Notes: generated from the letters alone by a model not told the origin. A stretch of DNA of 64,000 nucleotides from Promethearchaeota archaeon (GCA_030599585.1 JAUVNS010000015.1:1-64000), one strand, 5' to 3'. Positions 22,297 through 32,124 are shown, counted from the stretch's first letter. A program made the numbers and translations.

Positions 22297-23287
22297 ACTT
22301 GAAACTTGTAAGTACGTTAACTGACTTAATAAAATTATCAGTAATTTTTTCTGAACCTATTATTTTCATTATAGAAAATATTATATTCCTTGATTCACAC
22401 ATAATTGGAATACCTCCGTACGTAAGCGTAAACATTGCAACAAAAGATATTTCTTCAGCATTGATTGTTCCTTCTACCTCTGAAAATTTCAATCTACCGG
22501 AAGGACAAGTTATAATACCAAAGAAATTCTCAGGATCTTGCCCAGATATCGCAATGTAACATAATAAATCACCGATCGAGCTTCCTTCAGATTCCTCTTT
22601 CATTTTTTGAAAAGCAACATTAGCACTCGCAGAAAAAGCTTCGACAGAAATCGGCAGCTTCTGACCACTAACTTCTCTTGCGTCTAAGGTTAAGCCTGTT
22701 GGACTCACTAAACTATATCTTATAAAAATAGGATTCTGTATCGAATCTAGAACATAACTTATCGCAGGTAAGAGGTTAGCCTGATCAAATTTTTCTGGCG
22801 CATAAGAAATGAAAGGAACTTCAGATCCCATTCCAAAAAGGTAAACCGCACTTCGTACTTTATTTGAAAATTCTTCAAAATCTCTCTCTGTTTCCTTTTT
22901 TTTACCAAAAAACTCTCCAAGTTTTTGTTTTATATAATACATAGAGCTAGCTAGATTATCAACGTCTAATGGCCACTCTTTCCGATAATCGTGAACTATA
23001 GTTAGAAGAGTTTCATTAATCCTAATTGTTATTAAACAAACTTTGTCAAAAAATGTAAATGAAATAACCTGATCTCTAATATTTAGGTCTTCCCAACTTT
23101 CTTCGCTTGCCGAGAACGCTGCTGAGGCCAAACTCGTAATTTGGTTAGCGTTAATCTCAATCTCACTTTTTCTCCCAATTTTTGCAATAGAAAGCCCATT
23201 TAAATCACATAATATCACCAAAATTGTACCCTGAGATGCTCTTAAGATTGAAGTTAAATACTTGATCAAAGAATCTCTCACACTCAT
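22289..23287 (-). CDS. Roadblock-domain protein (probably tandem)
   Basis: 'LVILCDLNGLSIA...ITSLASAAF' and second repeat 'YSLVSPTGLTL...FSASA'. Confidence 0.7.
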   Translation of the reverse strand: MSVRDSLIKYLTSILRASQGTILVILCDLNGLSIAKIGRKSEIEINANQITSLASAAFSASEESWEDLNIRDQVISFTFFDKVCLITIRINETLLTIVHDYRKEWPLDVDNLASSMYYIKQKLGEFFGKKKETERDFEEFSNKVRSAVYLFGMGSEVPFISYAPEKFDQANLLPAISYVLDSIQNPIFIRYSLVSPTGLTLDAREVSGQKLPISVEAFSASANVAFQKMKEESEGSSIGDLLCYIAISGQDPENFFGIITCPSGRLKFSEVEGTINAEEISFVAMFTLTYGGIPIMCESRNIIFSIMKIIGSEKITDNFIKSVNVLTSFKYD

Positions 23288-23498
23288 AAAAAAACCATAT
23301 CCTTTCTTTCTTTGCTATAAATTCTCTCTGCTTTAATAACAATAATATTAATTCTTAAATATTTCTCATTTTTATTTTTAACTACAAGTTAATCTTAATC
23401 GAAAATTAAATTACTTTGAATTCCATTCCTAACTAAAAAATTTATTTAGCCTTTCAAACTTTAAATACTAAATCAATTGCTATCTTTTTTATTGTAAA

Positions 23499-23583
23499 GC
23501 GGGAGTTGCCAAGTCTGGTCTACGGCGCTGGACTTAGAATCCAGTCTCAGAGGAGTTCGGGGGTTCAAATCCCTCCTCCCGCA
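23499..23583 (+). tRNA. tRNA-Leu(TAG), intronless
   Basis: GCGGGAG/CTCCCGC acceptor, CTGGA-CTTAGAA-TCCAG, long variable arm. Confidence 0.95.
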
Positions 23584-23744
23584 TTTAATTTACAATAATA
23601 AAAATAGTACATTTTTAGTAAGGTAATCATTTCTATTTCTATTATAAAAAAATTTAAAATCAAACATTAATTAGAAAGTTATATCTAGATTGGTTTTTAT
23701 TCAATTTTAAGAATCAGTTTGAGATAATCGAAAACAAAAAGTAA

Positions 23745-23876
23745 GCTTTCGTAGTGTAGTTCGGCCAATCTTTCCTAATAGGAAAGGGCTTGGCATGCTA
23801 GGCTTTCACCCTGGTGACAATACGATCCATGTCGGACCGTATCATTAACCGGGTTCGAATCCCGGCGAGAGCACCA
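23745..23876 (+). tRNA. tRNA-Glu(TTC) with two introns (23769..23792 D-loop; 23819..23848 variable/T-stem junction) and encoded CCA
   Basis: Removing both inserts gives a sequence collinear with tRNA-Glu(CTC); both inserts form BHB-type motifs. Confidence 0.88.
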
Positions 23877-23917
23877 TTAGTGATTAGTGGAAAGCATTGG
23901 AAAATTACCAGAACCCA

Positions 23918-24110
23918 GCCCCTGTAGCTCAGCTAGAATGTAAGGAAAAAGCACTGCTTCGGTGTGCTTGGCTAAGTAGAACACTGTAAAAGTGTATCAA
24001 AAGCACTCGGCTAAACGGTGAATCTATCACCGTTCCGAAAGTTAACCGGGCGGTCCCATGTTCGATATTGAAATCGGGCTCCGATCTCGACGGATTCCAT
24101 GGCGGGGGCG
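23918..24110 (+). tRNA. tRNA-Asn(GTT) with four introns
   Basis: Exons 23918-23936, 23976-23979, 24002-24012, 24041-24066 and 24097-24110 join to a 74-nt cloverleaf: GCCCCTG TA GCTC AGCTAGGTA GAGC A CTCGG CTGTTAA CCGGG CGGTC CCATG TTCGATC CATGG CGGGGGC G. Confidence 0.85.
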
Positions 24111-24271
24111 CTTTTCTTCTTCTTTATTTACTAACCTTTTACATTTTTGATAGGGGGAAGTTATTGGAGTTGTCAATCACTTAGATTGATATTTCTATCC
24201 TTATTTTCACCTGAGATGATAACAAATTCTTTATTAACTTCAAGTTCAACATCTATTTTTAATTGGAATTA

Positions 24272-24886
24272 TTAAAGAAATAAAGGAAGACAAGTAGTAA
24301 ATCCCGCTAACAATCCGATCACGATACCACTCATCAAGGAGACTATTGATTTTTTTGAAACGGGGCGTTCTTTATTAACTATCTGCCAGATGCTTATTGT
24401 AATCGTCAGGAGAGCCATAAACGAAACTATAGCTACTCCATAATATATCGTTTTTTCGTAAGGATACACAACTTTACTAATATCTGAAACGCTGTTTAAT
24501 GCAAAGGGGTCAATTATTCCTGAAAAAGAGATAAAATTAAAAATGAGGCGATCTGGTAAAGGGTCGAAAACAACCAGCAAGAAGAACGTGAACCAATCGA
24601 GTAGGATTCCGAAGGCAAAAAGGATGTAAAGCGTACCTAGAATCAAGCGAGGTTTGGTCATGGGATTATCCGCTAATTTTTGTTCTTTGCTGTATCTGAT
24701 CCGCTCTAAAAAGTACTTCCCTCTTAAGCTCAACAATGTTAGGATTCCGATAATGAGGAGTATCACAAAAAAAATATATTTCAAGTACCCAAATACCAAT
24801 TCAATAAAAGAATTAATCTCGATAAACAAATCGTTAAAGTTCGGCAAAAATTGGTTAATACTATAGAAAATGCGGGTGATCATCAA
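24272..24886 (-). CDS. Multi-pass membrane protein
   Basis: 204 aa with about four TM segments. Confidence 0.7.
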   Translation of the reverse strand: MMITRIFYSINQFLPNFNDLFIEINSFIELVFGYLKYIFFVILLIIGILTLLSLRGKYFLERIRYSKEQKLADNPMTKPRLILGTLYILFAFGILLDWFTFFLLVVFDPLPDRLIFNFISFSGIIDPFALNSVSDISKVVYPYEKTIYYGVAIVSFMALLTITISIWQIVNKERPVSKKSIVSLMSGIVIGLLAGFTTCLPLFL

Positions 24887-24994
24887 TACTACCTTAAAAA
24901 TTACCTATTTAAATTCTACCGATTAAATTATTTTCAGGCTCTAAATCTAAATGACTAATCATTCTATTATTACTGAGAAATTAGAGTATCAATT

Positions 24995-25147
24995 TTATTT
25001 CAAAAAAACCGCCAGTAGTAAAAAATCTTCTCCAAACTTGGATAATTTTGGCATTTCTAACAGATAACAAGAAAATCTTGCATAAAAAGTTTTATAAAAC
25101 TAATTATCGATTAATATTTGTTTTTGCTAAATTTAACGATTTGGATT
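24995..25147 (-). pseudogene. Truncated copy of proC tail + promoter region + first 15 codons of the DUF885-like gene
   Basis: 25011..25147 is the reverse complement of 32912..33048 (137 bp, about 5 mismatches by eye). ATG at 25054 gives MPKLSKFGEDFLLLAVFLK*. Confidence 0.85.
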
Positions 25148-25287
25148 GTTATTATTCCTATTAATCCTACAGCTGGATTTACAACATTATTAATATGATG
25201 AAAAGAAATTCACACAGCAATAAATGATATTACTAGTTTGTTTGATATTATTCTATAAGGGCTCGCTAAAATAAGGGTTAAGTTAAA

Positions 25288-25812
25288 TTAAGCTTGGTTA
25301 GCGTAAAATATGAGCCATTTTGCTATAGCTTGAAACGATTCGTTGACGTTTATATTTTCTTTAGACGATGTGAAAACACATTGATTGCATTTCGCCTTTT
25401 GAGCGTATTCGTTTGCGATGTCGAAGTCAACTTCGTGATTTGGCAGGTCCCACTTCATCCCCATTAGTATGATAGGCACAAAACCTGCTTTTTGGCGAAT
25501 TATTTTCAACCATACTGGAATGTCTCTAAATGTGTCGTAATCCGTAATATCAAAACAAATTAATCCTCCGCTTGCGCCTTTACAATAATCTGGCAATAGT
25601 TCTCGGAATCTTTTTTCCCCTGCAAAATCCCATAATTGCATTTTTACGGATTCTCCCGTGTCTAAAATTTCTGACTTGGTATGAAATCCCGCACCGATCG
25701 TCATTTTATATCCGTCTTCAAATTTACCGGTACAATACCGAGTCACCATTGCGGTTTTTCCTACTCCACCGGCTCCGGCAACGATCACTTTAAAAATCCA
25801 TGAACTCATCAT
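25288..25812 (-). CDS. Rab-like small GTPase
   Basis: 'FKVIVAGAGGVGKT', 'YKMTIGAGF', 'MQLWDFAGEKRF', 'SSKENINV'; no C-terminal Cys. Confidence 0.9.
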   Translation of the reverse strand: MMSSWIFKVIVAGAGGVGKTAMVTRYCTGKFEDGYKMTIGAGFHTKSEILDTGESVKMQLWDFAGEKRFRELLPDYCKGASGGLICFDITDYDTFRDIPVWLKIIRQKAGFVPIILMGMKWDLPNHEVDFDIANEYAQKAKCNQCVFTSSKENINVNESFQAIAKWLIFYANQA

Positions 25813-26020
25813 TGTTTATTTCAAGAATCGTTTGTTTTTTATGTTTAGAAAGAATTTGTTTGATTAACAATTTTAATCCGAATTACATTTTGTATAAAAC
25901 TTTACATTTTTAAAATTATTTAAAACTAAAATAAAAAAAGGTTTTTATAAGATTTAGGTCTATTATTTTTTAGTATTGTTTTTTAATATGTTTTAATAAT
26001 AAAGGTTGTGAAAAAAGAGT

Positions 26021-26362
26021 ATTAAAGACGACGATATTTGTGCGACATGTAGTTTTCCGAAAGACCTATGTATATGCGATAGTTTAAGCGCAGACGAACA
26101 ACAAATTATTATTTCTAACGATCGACGCAAATGGGGGAAGATCGTTACAGTAATCAAATTCGAAGGTAACATAGATGCGAATTTAAAAGATATTCTTAAG
26201 AAAGCTAAGAAAAAATGTGCTTCTGGGGGGGCTCTGAGAGGTAAAGAAATCGAGCTTCAAGGTGAGCACAAATTAAAACTGAAAAGATTTCTAATAGATT
26301 TAGGCTTCCCCGAGGAAAATATTATCATTCAAGAACGAATGATAAGGAAACGACGATATTAA
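26021..26362 (+). CDS. sui1: Translation initiation factor aIF1 (SUI1 family), apparent ATT start; missing from ORF track
   Basis: Manual translation IKDDDICATCSFPKDLCIC...RRKWGKIVTVI...KKKCASGG...IELQGEHK...LGF. In-frame TGA at 26009-26011 leaves no ATG/GTG/TTG before the Zn motif. Confidence 0.88.
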   Translation: MKDDDICATCSFPKDLCICDSLSADEQQIIISNDRRKWGKIVTVIKFEGNIDANLKDILKKAKKKCASGGALRGKEIELQGEHKLKLKRFLIDLGFPEENIIIQERMIRKRRY

Positions 26363-26444
26363 TAATACTTTAAAAGTTAAATGTTCATCTGCTTTTTTTT
26401 TAATTTTCGTAATTTCAATAAAAAATAAAATAGGATTCAATGAG

Positions 26445-26882
26445 TTGATATTTTACAAGGTTATATTTGAAGGAACAAAAGAGGATTCTAGCGATTCATA
26501 CTCGCTAACCTTTAAAGATATATTTAGTGACAATCAAATTCAACTTTCTTCTCAATTCTTTACCACACTGAGAGTGGTGAGCCAGAAAGAGTCTAATGTC
26601 GTCCAATTTCAAAATATAAAAGAAGTAATAAAAATTGGGAATCAATCCAATAAAATCGAGATCAATTATTACATCGCCATTCTCTATACATATTTGAACG
26701 ATGGAAAGAAAGAAGGCTTCTTAATAGGAAATGTAAAAAAAATGGGAGATATGCTAATAGGTGAATGGCCATATAATGAAGAAAATGTGTCTAACTCAAA
26801 AGATCTTTACCTACAAAAATTGGATTTACTCGCAAATAGTAGCAAATTTAACAACATTTGCGTAATTTATCATTTGAAATAA
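26445..26882 (+). CDS. Hypothetical protein
   Basis: 145 aa ORF, TTG start. Confidence 0.55.
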   Translation: MIFYKVIFEGTKEDSSDSYSLTFKDIFSDNQIQLSSQFFTTLRVVSQKESNVVQFQNIKEVIKIGNQSNKIEINYYIAILYTYLNDGKKEGFLIGNVKKMGDMLIGEWPYNEENVSNSKDLYLQKLDLLANSSKFNNICVIYHLK

Positions 26883-26901
26883 AAAAATATGATAAGAAAG
26901 G

Positions 26902-27849
26902 TTAGAAGAAATTATCTTCTTTCTCTTTTAGAAAATCATAAATTTCTTGATTGTTAGGCATTCCCGTTCTCGCACCTAATTTTTGTATTTTTAATGAAGC
27001 TGCTGCGTTAGCAAAGCTACAAGATTTTTCTAAATCCCAACTTTTCATCCAATAAGCTAAGGAAAAAGCACCGTTGAAAGTATCACCCGCACCTGTTGTA
27101 TCTACAAGATTCTCTATAGGGTAGGCAGGTATCATTTTTTGATAGTTATTTGTCGTTATTAAAGCACCCATTTTTCCTAATGTTATAATTACAACAGGAA
27201 TCCCCTTTTTAACTAAAATTTTCGCAGATTTTTGTGGGGTATTGCTATTTGTAAGTAATTTTGCCCCTTCTTTGTTTGGAAGTAAAACATCCGCTTTTAA
27301 TAGTATGTTTTTTAATTTATCCCAACCCCTTAATGCAATTTGAGATTCTAAATCGATACTTACTTTTACTCCATTATTCTTTGCTATTTCAAGTGCTTTT
27401 TCAGTTAATTTCTGATGAATAATAGTAGTATGTAATAGTTTAGAATCTGCTATAGAGGATTCTTGTAGTTCTTCAATATCCAATTTTGTTGTATGCATAT
27501 GTGGAGATTGAATAATAGATTTTTCGCCTTTAGATACAAAAATAAAGTTAACTGGTGTCTTTTTATCGTGTTTTCTAACAATATAGCTTGTATCTATGTT
27601 TTCTTTTAAAAAATCATCGATTAACAAATCACCATACGGGTCATCTCCAACTGCTCCAATAAATCCACAGTGACCCCCTAATCTAGCTAGAGCCACTAAA
27701 TAATTAGCAGTAACCCCACCGGGAAAATAATTTTCACTTAACGCATCAACTTTTTCATCGGGTTTTGGAAAATGGGGCACTTCAGCCACCCAATCTAGAA
27801 CAACTTCCCCTAATCCAACAACATTTACTTGTTTCATAGTTCTTTTCAA
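26902..27849 (-). CDS. PfkB/ribokinase-family carbohydrate kinase
   Basis: 'PGGVTAN', 'IGAVGDDPYG', 'PNKEG', 'VDTTGAGDTFNG'. Confidence 0.92.
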   Translation of the reverse strand: MKRTMKQVNVVGLGEVVLDWVAEVPHFPKPDEKVDALSENYFPGGVTANYLVALARLGGHCGFIGAVGDDPYGDLLIDDFLKENIDTSYIVRKHDKKTPVNFIFVSKGEKSIIQSPHMHTTKLDIEELQESSIADSKLLHTTIIHQKLTEKALEIAKNNGVKVSIDLESQIALRGWDKLKNILLKADVLLPNKEGAKLLTNSNTPQKSAKILVKKGIPVVIITLGKMGALITTNNYQKMIPAYPIENLVDTTGAGDTFNGAFSLAYWMKSWDLEKSCSFANAAASLKIQKLGARTGMPNNQEIYDFLKEKEDNFF

Positions 27850-27931
27850 TACATTAAAATCTTTTATCTAATTATAATTTAATGAACTAGAAAGAAAATA
27901 GATGTAGATGGTTTTACTTATAAATATGAAT

Positions 27932-29656
27932 TTAAGACATAATTTCGTTTATTCGATGCTCTAAATCATCATTAACATTAATATCTTGAAAATTTGAGGC
28001 TACTATTTCATATGCGTCACTGTAATCATTAAATTTTACTCGACCTTTAATCATGATGTCCCTACCAATGATACTAGAAGATAACTTTTTCAACAATTTT
28101 TCATAATCAGGAGTGTCTTTAACCTTTACAATTAGTTCTGCTTTTTCTCCCACTAATTTTTCAGCTGCTTCTCCAATAAATGTCGCTCTAATTCTTCCAC
28201 TCTCATCTTCAAGAAAATGACTGGTAATCATTGTGAGTTTTTTATCGCCTGCTTTATCACACGTACAATTATCTATTTTTTTTCTACATTCGGAACAAGC
28301 TTCGTAAAATCTGATATTTTTTAATTCATTAGATATTACGCCTTTTAATTCAAAAAACCCTGAGCTTTGAATAGTGTTAATATCAGTAAAATTTCCTGAA
28401 AAATTATTTTGTTTGAAATTTGCTGATGGTTTGGAAATTTTAATATTTTCAATCTTTAATTCTATTTTTTCTATACTCGAGTCAATGGCAATAGTTACTT
28501 CGTTTTTCTGTGAATAGTTATTATATCTTAGTTCAACATCTTTCAGTAAAACTCCATCCCCGTTCTTCAGTGACTTTGAAAGTTCATCTGCTCTCTCCCT
28601 CCAAGCTGTAACTCTTATAGCATCAGTTTTATCACTCACATTGAAACCTAATAATGAAATTTCTTCCCCAGATTTTAAAGTTATTCTCTTTACATCATCT
28701 ATTGCAGAAATTATTCCTTGAAAAGAGATGTAACCTTTTTGGTTTTGAAGTGTGTCAATGTTATCAATTATTTGTGTTTTAAACTTTATTACTTTGTCTT
28801 TTTTCGTAATTTGTGTCCAAGAAGTTGCGTGTAAGTCTATTTGGCCCTCAGTAAAATTACTTTTTCTAGGATTTAAGCTACTGAGAGAAATGAAATCACC
28901 GATATCAATCTTTTCTATTTTATCGATATCATCGTTCCAAAAACTTATTCTAGTTTTTCCTGATGAATCCCGGACCGTTAACGAGCAGACCTTTCCATTT
29001 TGACCGTCCTTCCGAGTGAATTCGCGAACCGGAGATCGATTCATTACTTTTCCTTCAATTGATATAGATCCTAAATTTTCGTTAATCTCATTTATTAGTT
29101 TAAATTCTTCCTTTATTTTGGGGTATTTCTTATAATCAACATCCTCAGGGGCTAAAACAATTTTACTAAATCTTCCAATATGGATTTCTATTCCCCCATA
29201 TCTTCCTTGTTTTGCATTTCCATTCAAAATTTTAACGATTTCATTTTTTTCAAATCGTTCATCTTTAAACACATTTACCTGGTCGTCCCATAATACAATT
29301 CGAATATCCCCTGTATTATCATGTAATTTGAAAGCTCCCACATATCCGACTTCTCCATTGCTTTTTTTAAAACTATTAAGATTGAAAATATCCTTAATTC
29401 TACCAACTAATACAATATTTTTCATGTTCAAGGTGATATCAGAAATATTTAATTCGATCTCATTCAAAAGCTCTTGATTTTCGCCCGAAACTTCTACTCC
29501 TAGTTCTTTAGCAATTACAAATAATGCCCCTTCATCTGAAATTAAGCCCTTTAATTCCTCTTTTTTCTCTTCCACTAAACTTTGTATTTCCGTTTTAGAA
29601 AGTCCAGTATCTTCAATGATTTTATTAATATATGCTTCAGTTTTCATATCTCTCAC
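27932..29656 (-). CDS. rpa: Replication protein A large subunit (multi-OB-fold with Zn finger)
   Basis: N-terminal 'GLISDEGALFVIAKELGV', four OB repeats ('DxTGxIRxxxW'), 'ACSECRKK' Zn finger. Confidence 0.9.
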   Translation of the reverse strand: MRDMKTEAYINKIIEDTGLSKTEIQSLVEEKKEELKGLISDEGALFVIAKELGVEVSGENQELLNEIELNISDITLNMKNIVLVGRIKDIFNLNSFKKSNGEVGYVGAFKLHDNTGDIRIVLWDDQVNVFKDERFEKNEIVKILNGNAKQGRYGGIEIHIGRFSKIVLAPEDVDYKKYPKIKEEFKLINEINENLGSISIEGKVMNRSPVREFTRKDGQNGKVCSLTVRDSSGKTRISFWNDDIDKIEKIDIGDFISLSSLNPRKSNFTEGQIDLHATSWTQITKKDKVIKFKTQIIDNIDTLQNQKGYISFQGIISAIDDVKRITLKSGEEISLLGFNVSDKTDAIRVTAWRERADELSKSLKNGDGVLLKDVELRYNNYSQKNEVTIAIDSSIEKIELKIENIKISKPSANFKQNNFSGNFTDINTIQSSGFFELKGVISNELKNIRFYEACSECRKKIDNCTCDKAGDKKLTMITSHFLEDESGRIRATFIGEAAEKLVGEKAELIVKVKDTPDYEKLLKKLSSSIIGRDIMIKGRVKFNDYSDAYEIVASNFQDINVNDDLEHRINEIMS

Positions 29657-29820
29657 TTTTTTGTTTAGTTTTCCTTATCTAAAGATAAAATTAGCTTTTA
29701 TACTTTAAAAATGAAATTATTTAATAATTAATTAATCACTATTTTTAAACAAAAAGAGTATATCATATTGGTAATTTGTTATTGATAATTTAAATCAAAT
29801 GTCATGTTTTTGTCGCAATT

Positions 29821-30564
29821 ATGAATAAATTTAGGATCATCCCTGTTATTGATATATTAAATTCTCAAGCTGTACACGCAATTAAAGGAGAACGAGAAAA
29901 ATATAAACCATTGAAATCAGTTTTAATTAATGATAGCAACCCAACACAAATTGCATTAAAATTAAAAAATAAGTATTTATTCAACGAATTTTATATTGCC
30001 GATTTGGATGCTATACTTCAAAGAAAACCTAATATCGCAATCCTTTCAAAAATACTCGATATTCCTGGTGTTGAGATCATAATCGACCCAGGAATAAAAA
30101 TTGCAAAGAATGCTGAAAAATATTTTAAACTTAATTTAAAATCGTTGATTTTAGGATTAGAAACATTAAGAGACCCAGAAGTTATTAGTGAGTGTTTGAA
30201 ACTATTTGATATTAATAAAATTGTAGTAAGCGTTGATATGTACAACGAAGTAATTCAAACTAATATAAAGGAATTAAAAGATAAAGATGTACTTGAAGTA
30301 ATTGGTAAAATTGAAGATTTAGGCGTAGTTAAAATAATTTTACTTGATCTCTTTAAAGTTGGACAAAAGATGGGAGGAATTTCCAAGCTCTATTTAAAGA
30401 TTAGAGAAAAATTTAACGGTGAAATACTTGTTGGAGGTGGAATAAAAGACCTCCAAGATATAAAGGAATATGAAAGTAATAACTTCTCAGGAGTTCTGAT
30501 TGGGACAGCTTTACACGACGGGTCTATAAAAATCGAAGAACTAAGAAACTTTCTCAAAAATTAA
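29821..30564 (+). CDS. HisA/HisF-like TIM barrel protein (methanopterin-associated type)
   Basis: 'IIPVIDI...AVHAIKGEREKYKP', 'YIADLDAI', 'LGLETL', 'VGGGI', 'LIGTALHDG'. Confidence 0.8.
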   Translation: MNKFRIIPVIDILNSQAVHAIKGEREKYKPLKSVLINDSNPTQIALKLKNKYLFNEFYIADLDAILQRKPNIAILSKILDIPGVEIIIDPGIKIAKNAEKYFKLNLKSLILGLETLRDPEVISECLKLFDINKIVVSVDMYNEVIQTNIKELKDKDVLEVIGKIEDLGVVKIILLDLFKVGQKMGGISKLYLKIREKFNGEILVGGGIKDLQDIKEYESNNFSGVLIGTALHDGSIKIEELRNFLKN

Positions 30565-31091
30565 TCAATAAAAATAACACCAGAGCTTGAAACATTTAAA
30601 GATTTCTTACATACTGGGCAAGCGTGCTTCATTCTAACCCAATCGGTTATGTGATCCTTATGAGCTTTTGCTTCGCAAATTGGACAGCCAGCTACTTCGT
30701 CGAATATCTCGATGTTCTTTCCACAGACTGCACATTTGGTTTTTGATGCTGTAGAAATCCGTATTACTTCTTTTTTAATATCGAGTACAACATTATCTGT
30801 GTTTTCAGCTGTAGGATTAATTTGTTTCAATTCGGTTCTGGTATCAACGCAAAAAATAGTTCCCTCACTATCATCTTTACGATTCCCAATCCAAACCACT
30901 TTACCCTTGAAATAACTGGAACCCTCGTTTTCTAGCGAGAGGTTTAACCTTCGATCCTCCATCACATATGTTTGAATTACTTTAGTATATTTCAACCCAT
31001 CTAAATTTGAGGATATTTGTTTAATCACTTCAAATGGTTCTCTGAATACTTCATTTGTTATGTCGACTTTCGTGATTTCTTTCGGGGACAT
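30561..31091 (-). CDS. Protein with C-terminal RING-like Zn finger
   Basis: CAVC-x12-CPIC...HKDH..DW...CPVC. Confidence 0.75.
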   Translation of the reverse strand: MSPKEITKVDITNEVFREPFEVIKQISSNLDGLKYTKVIQTYVMEDRRLNLSLENEGSSYFKGKVVWIGNRKDDSEGTIFCVDTRTELKQINPTAENTDNVVLDIKKEVIRISTASKTKCAVCGKNIEIFDEVAGCPICEAKAHKDHITDWVRMKHACPVCKKSLNVSSSGVIFID

Positions 31092-31291
31092 AATAATTCA
31101 TCGTTTTTTTTCTATTTAATAATAATTATTTAATTTAAATTTTTATATCATTTTCTTCTTTTAACTTTTTTATTAAATTTTAAATATCCTAAAATAAAAG
31201 ATAATTTATAACTTAAAGCATAAAAGATCTAGTATTAGAAGGATCTAAATAGATCTTTGGACCAATTATAATCCCTTCATATAATAAGTGA

Positions 31292-32032
31292 TTGGTTATG
31301 CGAGAACGTATCAGATTGCTTGTGAGCCCTAAATCAATAGAAGAAGCTAAAGTTGTAGTTCAACAAAAAGATGTTGATTATATTGATTGTAAGAACCCGA
31401 TTGAAGGTTCTTTAGGCGCTAATTTTCCGTGGATCATAAAGAAGATGAAGAGTTTAATACCTCAAAATAGTTCTCAATTATTAAGTGCAACCATAGGGGA
31501 CTTCCCTAATTTACCTGGATCAGCTTCTTTGGCCGCCCTAGGCGCTGCCGTATCCGGAGCTGATATTATTAAAATAGGACTTAAAGAATCAACGACAGAG
31601 GATGATTGCGTATATTTAATGAAAGGTGTAGTGAAAGCTGTAAAAGCCTATAATGAAAATATAAAAATTGTAGTGGCCGGGTACGCAGACAGAATAAGGA
31701 TGAATTCCTCACCAGATTTTTTATTACTCCCAAATATAGCAGCCAAATCTGGAGCCGATATAGTGATGCTTGATACATTCATCAAAGATGGAAAAGGTTT
31801 ATTCGATTTTTTAAGCGTTGAGCAATTAAAACTTTTTAAAAATAAAGCAAAGAAACTTAATCTAGAAGTCGCTTTAGCTGGATATTTAATGAAAGACTCC
31901 CTGCCATTGATAAAAAAAATAATGCCCGATATAATTGGCGTAAGGAGCATTGTATGTGAAGGATATGACAGGAATAACGGAATAATCAGAGGACATCTCA
32001 TAGAAGAGTTAAAAACTGAGCTATATGCTTAA
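31292..32032 (+). CDS. mfnB: (5-formylfuran-3-yl)methyl phosphate synthase
   Basis: 'LLVSPKSIEEA', 'IDCKNPIEGSLGANFPW', 'SATIGD', 'MLDTFIKDGKGLFDF', 'DIIGVRS'. Confidence 0.92.
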   Translation: MVMRERIRLLVSPKSIEEAKVVVQQKDVDYIDCKNPIEGSLGANFPWIIKKMKSLIPQNSSQLLSATIGDFPNLPGSASLAALGAAVSGADIIKIGLKESTTEDDCVYLMKGVVKAVKAYNENIKIVVAGYADRIRMNSSPDFLLLPNIAAKSGADIVMLDTFIKDGKGLFDFLSVEQLKLFKNKAKKLNLEVALAGYLMKDSLPLIKKIMPDIIGVRSIVCEGYDRNNGIIRGHLIEELKTELYA

Positions 32033-32124
32033 CTTTTTTAAAAATAATACAACGAATAAATAAATACTCTTATTTTTAGTTCATTTTAATAACATTAATT
32101 AGGTTACCTTAATGACGAGTTATT

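Noticed and set aside
23499-25290. Provirus or integrative element at the tRNA cluster
   Set aside because: No integrase, capsid gene or duplicated tRNA 3' end was seen.
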